From the IMG/VR virus record IMGVR_UViG_3300023184_005116, positions 38,758 through 102,757 of that record: 64,000 nt of DNA. One strand, given 5' to 3'. Below, one piece after another: positions 32,034-42,677 of this stretch (its first letter is position 1; each line of letters opens with the position of its first letter). The notes below the pieces were generated by a model. That model ran no database searches. It was given only the letters and a program-made list of their open reading frames with translations, and was not told the DNA's origin. This stretch comes from a virus. The translations under genes were made by a program, and so were the position numbers.

Positions 32034-32111
32034 TTTAATAATTTAATTTTTTTAAAAAAGTAGAAACTGTGGGGAATAAAGTCCCTAAAATAAAAAAAAA
32101 CAACAAGTAAA

Positions 32112-34481
32112 ATGGAAGTAATAAAAAGAGATGGATCAAAAGAAAGGGTAAAATTAGATAAGATCCTAAATCGTGTTAAAAAACAATGTTATGGCTTAAA
32201 TATGGATTACATCGAGCCAATGGAAATTGCAAAAAAAGTAATTCATGGTTTATATGATGGTATTTCTTCCGTTGAGTTAGATACGTTAGCAGCTGAAACT
32301 GCTGCAGCTTTAACCCCGACACATCCGGATTATTCAATACTTGCCGCAAGAATTTCAATTACTTCTTTACATAAAACAACTCCTAAAAGTTTTTCACAGG
32401 TTATAGAGCAACTATATAGCTATGTTGATCCTAATACTGGGCAAAAAGCTCCTATGATTGCTGATGATGTTTATCAGATCATTATGGATAACTCAAAAGA
32501 TATAGATTCTCAGATAATTACTGATAGAGATTTGGACTATGATTATTTTGGGTATAAAACTTTAGAAAAATCATATCTTTTAAAAATCAATGGTAGCCCA
32601 GCAGAAAGACCACAGCAAATGATTATGCGTGTTGCTATTGGTATACATAAAACGGATCTAGCTTCTGCTTATAAAACATATGATTTAATGAGCCAAGGAT
32701 TCTTTACTCACGCAACACCTACTCTATTTAATTCAGGGACAAGAAGGCCACAATTATCTTCTTGTTTTTTAGTTTCAATGCAAGATGATTCAATTCAAGG
32801 TATTTATAAAACCTTGGCTGATGTAGCACAAATATCGAAAAATGCAGGAGGTATTGGTTTACATATCCATAATATTAGAGGTACAGGTTCATATATTAAA
32901 GGAACAAATGGTAATTCTAATGGGATCATTCCTATGTTAAAAGTATTTAACGAAACTGCTAGATATGTTGATCAAGGCGGTGGTAGAAGAAAAGGATCTT
33001 TTGCAGTTTATTTAGAGCCTTGGCACTGTGACGTAGAAGACTTTTTAAATCTTAGAAAAAATCACGGTAAAGAGGAAATGAGGGCTAGAGATCTTTTCTT
33101 AGCTTTATGGACTCCTGATTTATTCATGGAAAGGGTTAAAGAAAATGGGGATTGGACATTATTTTCACCTGATGAAGCACCAGGTTTAGCAGATGCTTGT
33201 GGTGATGAATTTAAAAAACTTTATACAAAATACGAATCACAGAATAAAGGAAGAAAGACTATAAAAGCTCAAGATCTTTGGTACAAAATAATTGAAGCTC
33301 AAATAGAAACTGGAGTTCCTTATATTCTTTATAAAGACGCTGCTAACCAAAAATCGAATCAAAAGAATTTAGGTACTATTAAATCTTCTAATCTTTGTAC
33401 AGAAATTATTGAATATTCTGATTCTAAAGAAACTGCAGTTTGTAATTTAGCTTCTATTGCTCTCCCTAAATTTATTATCCCTGGGAAAAAACCTAAGTAT
33501 GATTTTGCAGCACTAAAAGATATTGCTTATGTCTGTACTTTTAATTTGAATTGTGTAATTGATGTAAATTACTATCCAACAAAAGAAACAAAAACATCTA
33601 ATATGAAACATCGTCCTATCGGGATAGGTGTTCAAGGATTAGCAGACACTTTTGCTATTTTAAAAATAGCATTTGATTCAGAAGAAGCTAAACAATTAGA
33701 TCGAGAAATATTTGAAACAATCTATTATGGAGCTATGGAAGCTTCAGTAGATCTAGCAGAAAAAGATGGTGCTTACGAATCATTTGAGGGATCACCTTTG
33801 TCTAAAGGATTATTTCAATTTGATCTATGGAACGAAACCCCTTCAGATCGTTGGGATTGGGAAACATTAAGAGCTAGGGTGGTTAAGTCAGGTTCTAGAA
33901 ACTCTTTATTACTTGCACCTATGCCTACAGCATCAACAAGTCAGATCTTAGGTAATAATGAATGCTTTGAACCATTTACATCTAACATCTATATTAGAAA
34001 GACATTATCTGGGGAATTCCCAGTAGTTAATAAGCATCTTGTTAAGGATCTTGTTAAATTAAATCTTTGGAGCGAATCATTAAGAGATAAGATCATTATC
34101 AATAATGGATCAGTACAGGAAATTGATGCCATTCCTAATGATCTAAAAGCTATTTATAAAACAGCTTGGGAAATGAGTCAAAAAATAATTATTGATCATG
34201 CTGCAGCTAGAGGACCATTTATATGTCAAAGTCAAAGTATGAACTTGTTTGTTCAGGAGGCTAATTTTGCAAAGCTATCATCCGCTCATTTTTATTCATG
34301 GAGCAAAGGATTAAAAACAGGAAGTTACTATATTAGAACTAAAGCTGCTGCAACAGCAATTAAAGGTTTAGGAATTGATATGAATAAATCCGATGTTATA
34401 ATAAAAAACGAGGATGAAAACTATAGCGATTTAACATGTAGCATTGACAATCCGGAAGATTGTGAAGCTTGTGGATCATAA
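32112..34481 (+). CDS. nrdA: Ribonucleotide reductase class Ia alpha subunit
   Basis: ATP cone [38 protein letters not shown]-terminal CEAC. Confidence 0.97.
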   Translation: MEVIKRDGSKERVKLDKILNRVKKQCYGLNMDYIEPMEIAKKVIHGLYDGISSVELDTLAAETAAALTPTHPDYSILAARISITSLHKTTPKSFSQVIEQLYSYVDPNTGQKAPMIADDVYQIIMDNSKDIDSQIITDRDLDYDYFGYKTLEKSYLLKINGSPAERPQQMIMRVAIGIHKTDLASAYKTYDLMSQGFFTHATPTLFNSGTRRPQLSSCFLVSMQDDSIQGIYKTLADVAQISKNAGGIGLHIHNIRGTGSYIKGTNGNSNGIIPMLKVFNETARYVDQGGGRRKGSFAVYLEPWHCDVEDFLNLRKNHGKEEMRARDLFLALWTPDLFMERVKENGDWTLFSPDEAPGLADACGDEFKKLYTKYESQNKGRKTIKAQDLWYKIIEAQIETGVPYILYKDAANQKSNQKNLGTIKSSNLCTEIIEYSDSKETAVCNLASIALPKFIIPGKKPKYDFAALKDIAYVCTFNLNCVIDVNYYPTKETKTSNMKHRPIGIGVQGLADTFAILKIAFDSEEAKQLDREIFETIYYGAMEASVDLAEKDGAYESFEGSPLSKGLFQFDLWNETPSDRWDWETLRARVVKSGSRNSLLLAPMPTASTSQILGNNECFEPFTSNIYIRKTLSGEFPVVNKHLVKDLVKLNLWSESLRDKIIINNGSVQEIDAIPNDLKAIYKTAWEMSQKIIIDHAAARGPFICQSQSMNLFVQEANFAKLSSAHFYSWSKGLKTGSYYIRTKAAATAIKGLGIDMNKSDVIIKNEDENYSDLTCSIDNPEDCEACGS

Positions 34482-34493
34482 ATAATTTTTAAT

Positions 34494-35087
34494 ATGAGAA
34501 TTAAAAACTTTGGAGATTTTGGTTCTAAAGAAACCGCTTGTATAATCTTTGTAGGTCCTCCTGGATGTGGAAAGGGTACTCAGTCTAAAATATTAGCAGA
34601 AAAAACGGGATATGATCACATTTCGACTGGCGATATACTTAGAAAATCTGAAGACCCGGAGGTTAAAGAAATGATGGGGACAGGTAAGCTTCTTCCTGAT
34701 GAATTAGTTGGGAAGGAACTTCAAAAGTATCTTAAAGAAAATAAGGATTCAAAGGGGTTTATATTTGACGGATATCCAAGAAATTTAAAACAGAAAGGAT
34801 TGCTGGATACAATTCTAACCAGGAATAATTTATCAATAAATAATATTTTTTATCTAAATGTTCCCGATAAAATTCTAAAAGAAAGGATAAAGGAAAGAGG
34901 TAAAACATCGGGAAGAAAAGATGATGAGGATCCAGAGGTATTTAAAATCAGAATGAATGAATATAACGACCAAACACTCCCAATGATTAAGAGTATGAAG
35001 AAACTAAAAGTCTTTAAAGAAATTGATGGAGAAAAAGAACTTGAAGAAATAACTGATGATATTTTGGCAAGTTTAGATGAAATTTAA
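34494..35087 (+). CDS. adk: Adenylate kinase
   Basis: GPPGCGKGTQ, HISTGDILR, FDGYPRN, RKDDED. Confidence 0.9.
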   Translation: MRIKNFGDFGSKETACIIFVGPPGCGKGTQSKILAEKTGYDHISTGDILRKSEDPEVKEMMGTGKLLPDELVGKELQKYLKENKDSKGFIFDGYPRNLKQKGLLDTILTRNNLSINNIFYLNVPDKILKERIKERGKTSGRKDDEDPEVFKIRMNEYNDQTLPMIKSMKKLKVFKEIDGEKELEEITDDILASLDEI

Positions 35088-35124
35088 TACAACCAATAAT
35101 CTATAAAAATTAAAATAAAAAATT

Positions 35125-36339
35125 ATGTCTAAAACAAAAAAGGAAGAAATAGCTAACCAAGAGGCTAACACAAACCCATCAGTATGTCTCGTAATGATTG
35201 TTAAGAATGAAACAAACGTTATTAGAAGATGTATCGATTCTGTTAAAAATTATATCAATTATTGGGTTATCGTAGATACAGGATCTACTGATGGCACACA
35301 GGATATGATTAAGGATATAATGGAAGAATACAAAATCCCCGGTGAACTACACGAAAGACCTTGGGTAGACTTTGGATATAATAGAACAGAAAGTCTTGAA
35401 TATTCTAAAGGAAAAGCAGACTATAGATTAGTTATAGATGCTGACGATGTTCTTGTTGTAGAGGAAGGAAAAAATCCTTTTGAAGACTTAACGGAAGATT
35501 CTTATAAAGTTAAGATCAGATTAAACTCTTTAGCATATTACAGAACTCAAGTGGTAAGAGGAAATCAAGATTGGAAATATGTAGGGGTTTTACATGAATA
35601 TATTGCAGGACCAGAAGGGGTTGCTTTAACTGAGGATTTTCTTGAAGGCGTAGAAATGCACGCAGGAGTTTCTGGACATACTAGAGACATTAAAGGAAAA
35701 GACAAATATCATAATGACGCATTAACTTTTGAAAGAGCTCTTATCACAACTCCAAGAGAAGAAATGCCTATTGATTTGGAAAGAAGATATGTTTTCTATA
35801 TGGCTCAAAGCTATAGAGATGCTAATATGCTTGACAGATCTATAGATGCTTATCAAAGAAGAGTAGATCTGGGAGGATGGGAAGAAGAGGTTTATATCTC
35901 TAAATATTGGATTGCAAAACAAAAGCAAGCTCAAAATAAACCAGACTCCGAAATTATAGATGCTTATTTAGCCGCATGGGAATATCGCCCTAATAGATTG
36001 GAGTCTTTATACCACCTTATTAAATTCTTAGGATCTAGAAAAAGATATGCTTTGGCATTTGCACTTTCAACTATCGGAATGAAAACTGGACCTTGTTCTG
36101 ATATTCTTTTCGTAGAAGATGATATTTGGAAATGGAGAATGCCTGATGAATATTCTGTATTGGCTTACTATAATGGTAATGCAGAAGAAGCTGCTAAGAC
36201 TACACAAATTATTATAAATTCACCTATTTACCAATCTTTACCAGGATTTGAAAAGGAAAGAATTTCTAAAAATATGGAGTATTACACTAGCAGTTTAACA
36301 CCACAGGAGCAAAAAATAGAAGAACCGATAGAGTCATGA
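35125..36339 (+). CDS. Family 2 glycosyltransferase with TPR-like C-terminus
   Basis: CLVMIVKNE, VDTGSTDGT, IDADD, GVLHE, RYVFYMAQSYRD. Confidence 0.85.
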   Translation: MSKTKKEEIANQEANTNPSVCLVMIVKNETNVIRRCIDSVKNYINYWVIVDTGSTDGTQDMIKDIMEEYKIPGELHERPWVDFGYNRTESLEYSKGKADYRLVIDADDVLVVEEGKNPFEDLTEDSYKVKIRLNSLAYYRTQVVRGNQDWKYVGVLHEYIAGPEGVALTEDFLEGVEMHAGVSGHTRDIKGKDKYHNDALTFERALITTPREEMPIDLERRYVFYMAQSYRDANMLDRSIDAYQRRVDLGGWEEEVYISKYWIAKQKQAQNKPDSEIIDAYLAAWEYRPNRLESLYHLIKFLGSRKRYALAFALSTIGMKTGPCSDILFVEDDIWKWRMPDEYSVLAYYNGNAEEAAKTTQIIINSPIYQSLPGFEKERISKNMEYYTSSLTPQEQKIEEPIES

Positions 36340-36364
36340 GATATATAGAATAAAAATCTATATC

Positions 36365-36889
36365 ATGAATATTTTAAGATTTGCCCAATTTGTTAATGAA
36401 TCAAATTCTTCTTTAAACGAATCAGGTATACCTTTATACAGAGGAACAAGCTTTAATCCAGAAAGAACATTAAAAAGAAATAAACTTCTTGGAGAACTTC
36501 AAGATCTTTTAGGTCAAGTAATGACAGGATCTATTTCAGAACTTACAGTTCTTGCCGATATACCATCTCAAGGAAAAAATGCTCCTCAGTATGTAAAAGA
36601 TATGTATGCAGAAATGGGAATTAGCGGATATGAAAAAGCTAAGGAAGAAGGAGATGAGATTGAAGGTGAAGAAGAAGATGATACTTACGATCCAGAAACA
36701 GGTACTTACACTAAAGCTAAGTATAGCGTAGAAGAACCTGAAAGAAATATCTTTGTAGATTCTGAGTTTATTGTTAAGGACATAGATATGACAAAAGGTG
36801 TAATCCTAGGTATTCCATACTCTTTAAAGAGAAAAAATATAGTTGTAGAACTTGATCCTGAGGCAATTGACGAAGTTTTTATTAAGTAA
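36365..36889 (+). CDS. Hypothetical protein, putative head-packaged
   Basis: N-terminus MNILRFAQFVNE; GATATATA upstream. Confidence 0.5.
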   Translation: MNILRFAQFVNESNSSLNESGIPLYRGTSFNPERTLKRNKLLGELQDLLGQVMTGSISELTVLADIPSQGKNAPQYVKDMYAEMGISGYEKAKEEGDEIEGEEEDDTYDPETGTYTKAKYSVEEPERNIFVDSEFIVKDIDMTKGVILGIPYSLKRKNIVVELDPEAIDEVFIK

Positions 36890-37266
36890 TGAATTATTTG
36901 GAAGATAACGATTGTTTAGATTTCCACTTAGTAAAGATAGGTAATAATACATTTGTTTTAGAGGAGTGTAAAAACTTCCCTGAAGGACTTTCAAAAAGAG
37001 AGCATCTCCACGAAAATGAAGGGATGCTCTTTTCTTTTGATTCAACAGGACATAAATCATTTCACATGAAAGATTGTCTTATTCCATTAGATATCCTATT
37101 TTTAGAAAACGGAAAGGTAAAAAAAATATTTCATAGCTGTAATCCTTGTGAAAGCGATGATTGTATGAAATTCGAATGCGAATCGGCAGACACAGTAGTA
37201 GAGCTCCTAGGAGGTACCTGTAAAAAGAATAATATCAGCGAAGGGCTAATCTATAGGCACTTTTAA
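36889..37266 (+). CDS. DUF192 family protein
   Basis: GLSKR...GMLF...FHMKDCLIPLDILF...VVELLGG. Confidence 0.8.
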   Translation: MNYLEDNDCLDFHLVKIGNNTFVLEECKNFPEGLSKREHLHENEGMLFSFDSTGHKSFHMKDCLIPLDILFLENGKVKKIFHSCNPCESDDCMKFECESADTVVELLGGTCKKNNISEGLIYRHF

Positions 37267-37299
37267 GAAACTTTTCCCTATTTTCACTCTTAAATTTTT

Positions 37300-37461
37300 A
37301 TGACCAGAAAGGCAAAGGTAAGATTTCCTAATGAATCCTATTGGGAAGAGCTATCAGTTGATACCGATCTATTCCTAGCACGTAAAGAATTTGAATATGA
37401 AGTTTTTGGATGGTATAAAGGAATATATGTTTCAATTTTAAAAGAATCGTTGAATGGCTAA
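37300..37461 (+). CDS. Small hypothetical protein; not in ORF track
   Basis: Manual translation, 53 aa MTRKAKVRFPNESYWEE...; follows a GAAAC-N18 motif and overlaps the topoisomerase start. Confidence 0.5.
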   Translation: MTRKAKVRFPNESYWEELSVDTDLFLARKEFEYEVFGWYKGIYVSILKESLNG

Positions 37462-39247
37462 GCAAGCAAATAAAGAAATTAAGGTACTTTCAGAAAGGGA
37501 TCATATCCTTTTAAGACCTACTGTTTATGTAGGTAGTGTTAAACCAACAGACGAAAAATTACCTATTGTAAGGGATAAAAAATTATTCGTAGAGCAAAGA
37601 ACCATATCAGTAGGTATGTACAAACTGTTTGATGAAGTTTTTTCAAATTCATTAGACGAGGCTAAAAGGATGGGTGGTAAAATGCAAAAAATTACCATTA
37701 ACATAGACTCATCAAAAAATTCGGTTTCAATAAAGGATACTGGTAATGGATTCTACAAAGGAACTGAAATAAATTCAACAAGTGGAAAAAGTAATATTGA
37801 AACAGCGGTTTCACAGCTAAGGGCAGGATCAAATTTTGATAATGACGATATTGAGGAATCACTAGTTGGAACAAATGGAATGGGTGTTAGCTTAGTTAAC
37901 GTTCTTTCTGAATACTTCAGTATAGAAACTATAAATGATAAATTTTACTATTTTCAAGATTGGAAAAATTACGAAGCTAATAATCCTCAAAAATCTAGTA
38001 AAACACCAGGAATGAAAGCAGGAACGGCTGTTTCCTTTATACCTTTATCTGAAGTTTTCGGACATTCTAAATGGGATAAAGAGGTTTTATCCTCAATCTT
38101 AATATTAAAGTATGACTTGATTAAAAGAGATCCTGTATTAGGAAAGCTTGAGATAGAACTAAATTGGGACGGAAGAGGTATAGATCTTAATGTAGATTTT
38201 GTAACGGAAGACTCTTTTAAAATCAATACTGAAATTGGACAAATTACTATATGGGAAAAATATGAGGGATCCGGTTCTTTAAGTTTTGTAAACTCCGCCC
38301 TTTGTACAGGAATACACCAAAAAATAGTAAACGATTTTATCAATGAAAAACTTGATGATACTTTAGGACACCATTTTTATGATTCACTTATAGTTTTAAA
38401 CTTACCCCCTAAATATGTCAAATTTGGCGATCAAAACAAGACTAGGTTTGTTACCACAAGAGAAGAGATCGAAAGTGTCTTAACGAGCAAGTTTGGATCC
38501 AAATTACAGACATTTTTTAAGACTGAACTGTATGAGAATATTTTAAAAAAGGTAGAAGAGCGTAAGAACGATGGGTATGTTAAGAAACTTAGATCTGAAA
38601 AGAAAAAGGTTAATCTTAAGCATTCTCATAAATATTTCCCAGCACAAAAATCAGTAGCAGAAAATCTATTTATAGTGGAGGGTCTTTCTGCAATGGGATC
38701 TATCCTACAGAAAAGAAACCCAAAGGAAGATGGTGTTTATGCACTAAAGGGTAAAATAAAAAACTGTAAGAACATTGGGGATCTTTCTGACAACAAAGAA
38801 ATATTAGAACTAATGCACATTCTTGGATTAGACCCAACTGCAAGAAATTCTGAAATTGTAGGTTATAAAAGAATAGTAATCGCTACCGATCCTGACCCTG
38901 ACGGCTCACACATTACATCTTTAATAATCAATTTATTCTATAAATGGTTTCCCACAGTAGTTAGAAATAAAAGATTAGGCTCATTAAAAATCCCACTGGT
39001 ATCTGTTGGGGATGGCAAAAAAAGGAAATACTATTGGGACTTAGAGGAATTTAAAAATGCTAAGCCCTCTGGTAATGTTAGGTATTTAAAAGGCCTAGGA
39101 TCTTTAGCTCTTGATGACTGGGATTGGGTAATGAAAGATAAATCGCTTTTAATTATAGAGGATAGTCAAGATAGTAAGGAAAAGCTAGAAATGGCTTTTG
39201 GAGATTCTTCAGAAGCAAGAAAAAGGTGGCTTTCGAATCAAAAGTAG
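37454..39247 (+). CDS. Type II DNA topoisomerase, ATPase/TOPRIM subunit (gp39+gp60-like)
   Basis: HILLRPTVYVGS, EVFSNSLDE, DTGNG, GTNGMG, VEGLSA, LKGK, TDPDPDGSHI, YLKGLGS. Confidence 0.92.
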   Translation: MAKQANKEIKVLSERDHILLRPTVYVGSVKPTDEKLPIVRDKKLFVEQRTISVGMYKLFDEVFSNSLDEAKRMGGKMQKITINIDSSKNSVSIKDTGNGFYKGTEINSTSGKSNIETAVSQLRAGSNFDNDDIEESLVGTNGMGVSLVNVLSEYFSIETINDKFYYFQDWKNYEANNPQKSSKTPGMKAGTAVSFIPLSEVFGHSKWDKEVLSSILILKYDLIKRDPVLGKLEIELNWDGRGIDLNVDFVTEDSFKINTEIGQITIWEKYEGSGSLSFVNSALCTGIHQKIVNDFINEKLDDTLGHHFYDSLIVLNLPPKYVKFGDQNKTRFVTTREEIESVLTSKFGSKLQTFFKTELYENILKKVEERKNDGYVKKLRSEKKKVNLKHSHKYFPAQKSVAENLFIVEGLSAMGSILQKRNPKEDGVYALKGKIKNCKNIGDLSDNKEILELMHILGLDPTARNSEIVGYKRIVIATDPDPDGSHITSLIINLFYKWFPTVVRNKRLGSLKIPLVSVGDGKKRKYYWDLEEFKNAKPSGNVRYLKGLGSLALDDWDWVMKDKSLLIIEDSQDSKEKLEMAFGDSSEARKRWLSNQK

Positions 39248-39265
39248 AAAAAGATATATACTCTA

Positions 39266-40012
39266 ATGATTTTACGTCTAACACAATTCGTTGTAGAGCA
39301 GGAAGGAAATTCTGCTGAGGGGCAAGAAATAAAGCCCAAAGAAATTCCTGCGGGGAAATTAAAAATCAATTGGGTAAAACCAGACCTTGCAGAAGATATT
39401 GAGCATTATGATGATAAAGCAAAATTAGAGTTTTATCAGCATAACATTACTATAGGTAATAAGGATATAGGAAAGGTAGCTCCAAGGTCTACTAAATTCT
39501 ATAAATATATTTCATCTCCTTTTAAAAACGGAAACTTTGCAACAGTTCCTTTGTTTTCTGATGATGAATTTAATATAAACAGAATCCAGAACTTAATGGC
39601 TTATGAATTTGACAATATCACTTCTGGAGCATATGGTAAAGCATATGGAGATGTACTTGTTAAATTAGCAGATGATCTAAAACAATCGGGAAGCCTTACA
39701 CTGCCAGCTCCTATATTAATTCGTTTCATAAACTTTGGCGAAACTAGAACATCCTCTGAATCAAGTTATTATTTATTTTCTGGAAATAGGTTAGTAAATC
39801 TTGCACTTCAATATAACATTCCAGTTAAAGCCTGGGTAATTGATTTGGTACCTTCTAGAAGAGACGTAAGAGAATTTGCAACACAAGCGGGGGTAACATC
39901 AGATCCTGTACAATTCAAAAAGATCATAAGAAGGTCAACTGGTAAGGAAACCCTTGACGAACTTACTGCGAGGGAAAGATTCAAAATTATACAGTCTCTT
40001 AAAAACTTTTAA
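39266..40012 (+). CDS. Hypothetical protein, possible ParB/Srx-like domain
   Basis: PAPILI...YYLFSGNRL...IPVKAWV; N-terminus MILRLTQFVVE; GATATATA upstream. Confidence 0.4.
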   Translation: MILRLTQFVVEQEGNSAEGQEIKPKEIPAGKLKINWVKPDLAEDIEHYDDKAKLEFYQHNITIGNKDIGKVAPRSTKFYKYISSPFKNGNFATVPLFSDDEFNINRIQNLMAYEFDNITSGAYGKAYGDVLVKLADDLKQSGSLTLPAPILIRFINFGETRTSSESSYYLFSGNRLVNLALQYNIPVKAWVIDLVPSRRDVREFATQAGVTSDPVQFKKIIRRSTGKETLDELTARERFKIIQSLKNF

Positions 40013-40025
40013 TTACATTTGTAGA

Positions 40026-40940
40026 ATGATCTACAAAAACAGAATGGGGTATTGTTGTATATGTCTTTCGCTAGAAGGTATCACAACAAATAGGGGAATG
40101 GTTAATAGAACCTTCCTAGAAAAAGGATTGGACTATGCTTCGGAGTTAGCTCTAAAGAACGTAACAGATCTAGTTAAGATAATAGAATTCAACGGTAAAT
40201 CCGGGATTGAAATGTATCGTATGAGCTCTGATATGTTTCCCTGGTTCTCAGAATATGAAATAGAAGATTTACCAGATTTTAAAGAGATACACGAGAAATT
40301 AAAAGAAGCTGGGGATTTAGCAAAATCGCTAAAACAAAGGCTGAGCTTTCATCCATCTCATTATTGTGTTATTGCTTCTGAAAGATCAGACGTAGTTCAA
40401 AAATCAGTAAAGGAATTAAATCAACATGCACAGATTATGGATTTAATGGGATTAGAAAGAAGCCACAATTACCCTATAAATATACACATCAATACTACAA
40501 AGCCATCTAAGGAAGAAGCTGCTAATAGATTTATAGACTCGTACAATCTATTAAATGAGTCAGTTAAATCTAGACTTGTTGTAGAGAACGACGATAAAAA
40601 AAGTCAATTTACACCTACAGATTTATACGAACTTCTTTACAAAAAAACCGGAACCCCTATTACATACGATTTTTTACATCATAAATGTAATCCTGATTTA
40701 TTAACTGAATTAGAAGCATTAGATCTTTGTATATCTACGTGGCCAGATGGTATTTCTGCCTTAACACATTTCTCAGATTCTAGAAAAATATTTGAAGATT
40801 CCAATGCTAAGGAGGTAGCACATTCCGATTGGATCTGGTCAAAGATAGAAACTTATGACAGAATTTTCGATATAGAATTAGAGGTAAAGATGAAGGATCT
40901 TGCCTTATTAAAATATATTGAGACATGGAAGAAGGCCTAG
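40026..40940 (+). CDS. uvsE: UV damage endonuclease
   Basis: MGYCC, YRMSSDMFP, RLSFHP, RLVVENDD, YDFLHH, HFSD, AHSD, EVKMKD; ATG 40026 preferred as start. Confidence 0.9.
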   Translation: MIYKNRMGYCCICLSLEGITTNRGMVNRTFLEKGLDYASELALKNVTDLVKIIEFNGKSGIEMYRMSSDMFPWFSEYEIEDLPDFKEIHEKLKEAGDLAKSLKQRLSFHPSHYCVIASERSDVVQKSVKELNQHAQIMDLMGLERSHNYPINIHINTTKPSKEEAANRFIDSYNLLNESVKSRLVVENDDKKSQFTPTDLYELLYKKTGTPITYDFLHHKCNPDLLTELEALDLCISTWPDGISALTHFSDSRKIFEDSNAKEVAHSDWIWSKIETYDRIFDIELEVKMKDLALLKYIETWKKA

Positions 40941-41143
40941 ATTTAACAAAAGCAAATTGGAGTTTAGATAGCGGAATCTATTTACATTCAATAAAAGAAT
41001 CAATAGAAGAAAATTATCCTGAATCAGAAATGAAAAAGGAATTAGATCTAATGGGATACGTTCTTGAAGATCTTTTAGATAACGAGAAGCTTCAAAAGTT
41101 TCTTAAAGTATTAGAAGAAAAATATCCGGATAATGTGGTTTAG
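40925..41143 (+). CDS. Hypothetical protein
   Basis: 72 aa acidic ORF. Confidence 0.5.
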   Translation: MEEGLDLTKANWSLDSGIYLHSIKESIEENYPESEMKKELDLMGYVLEDLLDNEKLQKFLKVLEEKYPDNVV

Positions 41144-41282
41144 AAAAGTAATAAAGTATTTAGCTTTTAGCGTTGGGATTTTTGTATTAGGTTTTTTAAT
41201 TTTTGGTGCTGTAGCATTCTTAGAAATTAATAAAATGCTTGGTGCATTAGTTTCCTATATAAGAAAAAAAATATCTAAGTGA
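41133..41282 (+). CDS. Small membrane protein; not in ORF track
   Basis: Manual translation, 49 aa MWFRKVIKYLAFSVGIFVLGFLIFGAVAFLEINK...; overlaps both neighbours. Confidence 0.5.
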   Translation: MWFRKVIKYLAFSVGIFVLGFLIFGAVAFLEINKMLGALVSYIRKKISK

Positions 41283-42337
41283 TAGACTATTATAAAATAT
41301 TAGGCATTCAAGATAATGCTGACGATGATACTATAAAAAAAGCTTATAGGGTAAATGCTAAAAAGTATCACCCAGATAGGAACAAAGAAGAAGGTTCTGA
41401 GGAAAAATTTAAACAAATAGCTGAAGCCTATGAGGTTTTAAGTAATCCCGAAAAGAAAAGAAAATATGACATCACTAAGGGGATGGGTGGGAATGGAGGA
41501 TTTGATGATATCTTTAATAGATTTAATCAAAAATGGCAAAACCAACAAGATCCTTTTGCGTCCCATTATAACCCATTTGGCCAAACACACCAAAGTAATG
41601 TAAAAGGATCATCATTAAATATCACTTTACAAATTACACTTGATGACATTTTAAAAGGTGTTGACAAAAGAATTAAACTTAAAAGAAATAAGAAATGTTC
41701 TTCCTGTGATGGTACTGGTGCAGATGGAGGAACGTCTTTTCAAACGTGTGGAAATTGTAATGGATCAGGATTCTTTACCGTTAACCAAAACAGGGGATAC
41801 GTACAGATAAACAGTGTTCAAGAATGCGGTTCTTGTAAAGGAACTGGCAAAGTAGTTTTAGAAAACTGTATAACTTGTTTTGGTGGAGGTGTTAAAAGTA
41901 TTGAAGATGTTGTTGATATAAAAATTCCTGCTGGTGCTTCTGACGGAATGCAATTCGTAGTGGAAGGAAAAGGAAACGATCCTAGAGGTCCCGGTAAAGC
42001 AGGAGATCTATTTATAAAGATCCGAGAAATACAAGACCCAGAATTCATAAGAAGAGGTATAGATTTAATCACATCCAAGGAGATAAGTTTTATTGATGCT
42101 ATATTAGGTACTAACGTCGATGTAGATATGCCTACCGGGGAATCTGTTAAGGCTGTTGTCGATCCGGGAACGGTATCTGGTACCGTTCTTAAATTTAGTA
42201 ACAAAGGAGTACCAAATATAGGATATGGAAACAAGGGAGATTTTTTAGTAGAACTTCATATAAAGGTACCAAAGGATCTTAACGAGGAGGAAAAAGAGTT
42301 TTGTGAGTCCCTTAAAAATCTAGATATTTTCAAATAA
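41279..42337 (+). CDS. dnaJ: DnaJ chaperone
   Basis: J domain with HPD, four CxxCxGxG repeats, C-terminal domain. Confidence 0.93.
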   Translation: MIDYYKILGIQDNADDDTIKKAYRVNAKKYHPDRNKEEGSEEKFKQIAEAYEVLSNPEKKRKYDITKGMGGNGGFDDIFNRFNQKWQNQQDPFASHYNPFGQTHQSNVKGSSLNITLQITLDDILKGVDKRIKLKRNKKCSSCDGTGADGGTSFQTCGNCNGSGFFTVNQNRGYVQINSVQECGSCKGTGKVVLENCITCFGGGVKSIEDVVDIKIPAGASDGMQFVVEGKGNDPRGPGKAGDLFIKIREIQDPEFIRRGIDLITSKEISFIDAILGTNVDVDMPTGESVKAVVDPGTVSGTVLKFSNKGVPNIGYGNKGDFLVELHIKVPKDLNEEEKEFCESLKNLDIFK

Positions 42338-42663
42338 TGATAACAGCTTTTATTTTTTATATAATGTGTGTATGGGGATTTACCCATATACTAGTTTCTT
42401 CTAAAATTCTAATCTCTTTTAGAGATTGGGTTACTATTAAATCTAGTTTTTTTGGAGAAATGTTGGGGTGTTATCAATGCACTTCTTTTTGGACCTCAAT
42501 TATATTGTACTTTGTATTCAATGATCTACAATTAAATACAATTAGAAAAAATATCTTTGGACTTGACCTAAGTCTAGATTTTTTATTATGGGGTTTTATC
42601 GGTTCTGGATTAGTTTCTTTTATATCCGTATTTTTGTCCCTTATAATAAAAAAGGGTAAATAG
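42337..42663 (+). CDS. Membrane protein (DUF1360-like)
   Basis: Three hydrophobic segments, CYQCTSFW. Confidence 0.55.
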   Translation: MITAFIFYIMCVWGFTHILVSSKILISFRDWVTIKSSFFGEMLGCYQCTSFWTSIILYFVFNDLQLNTIRKNIFGLDLSLDFLLWGFIGSGLVSFISVFLSLIIKKGK

Positions 42664-42677
42664 GGATATATAGATTT

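Noticed and set aside
34494-36339. DNA hypermodification cluster (kinase plus glycosyltransferase)
   Set aside because: The kinase is a canonical Adk, the GT2-TPR type is more consistent with protein glycosylation, and no base-modifying enzymes are visible in the window.
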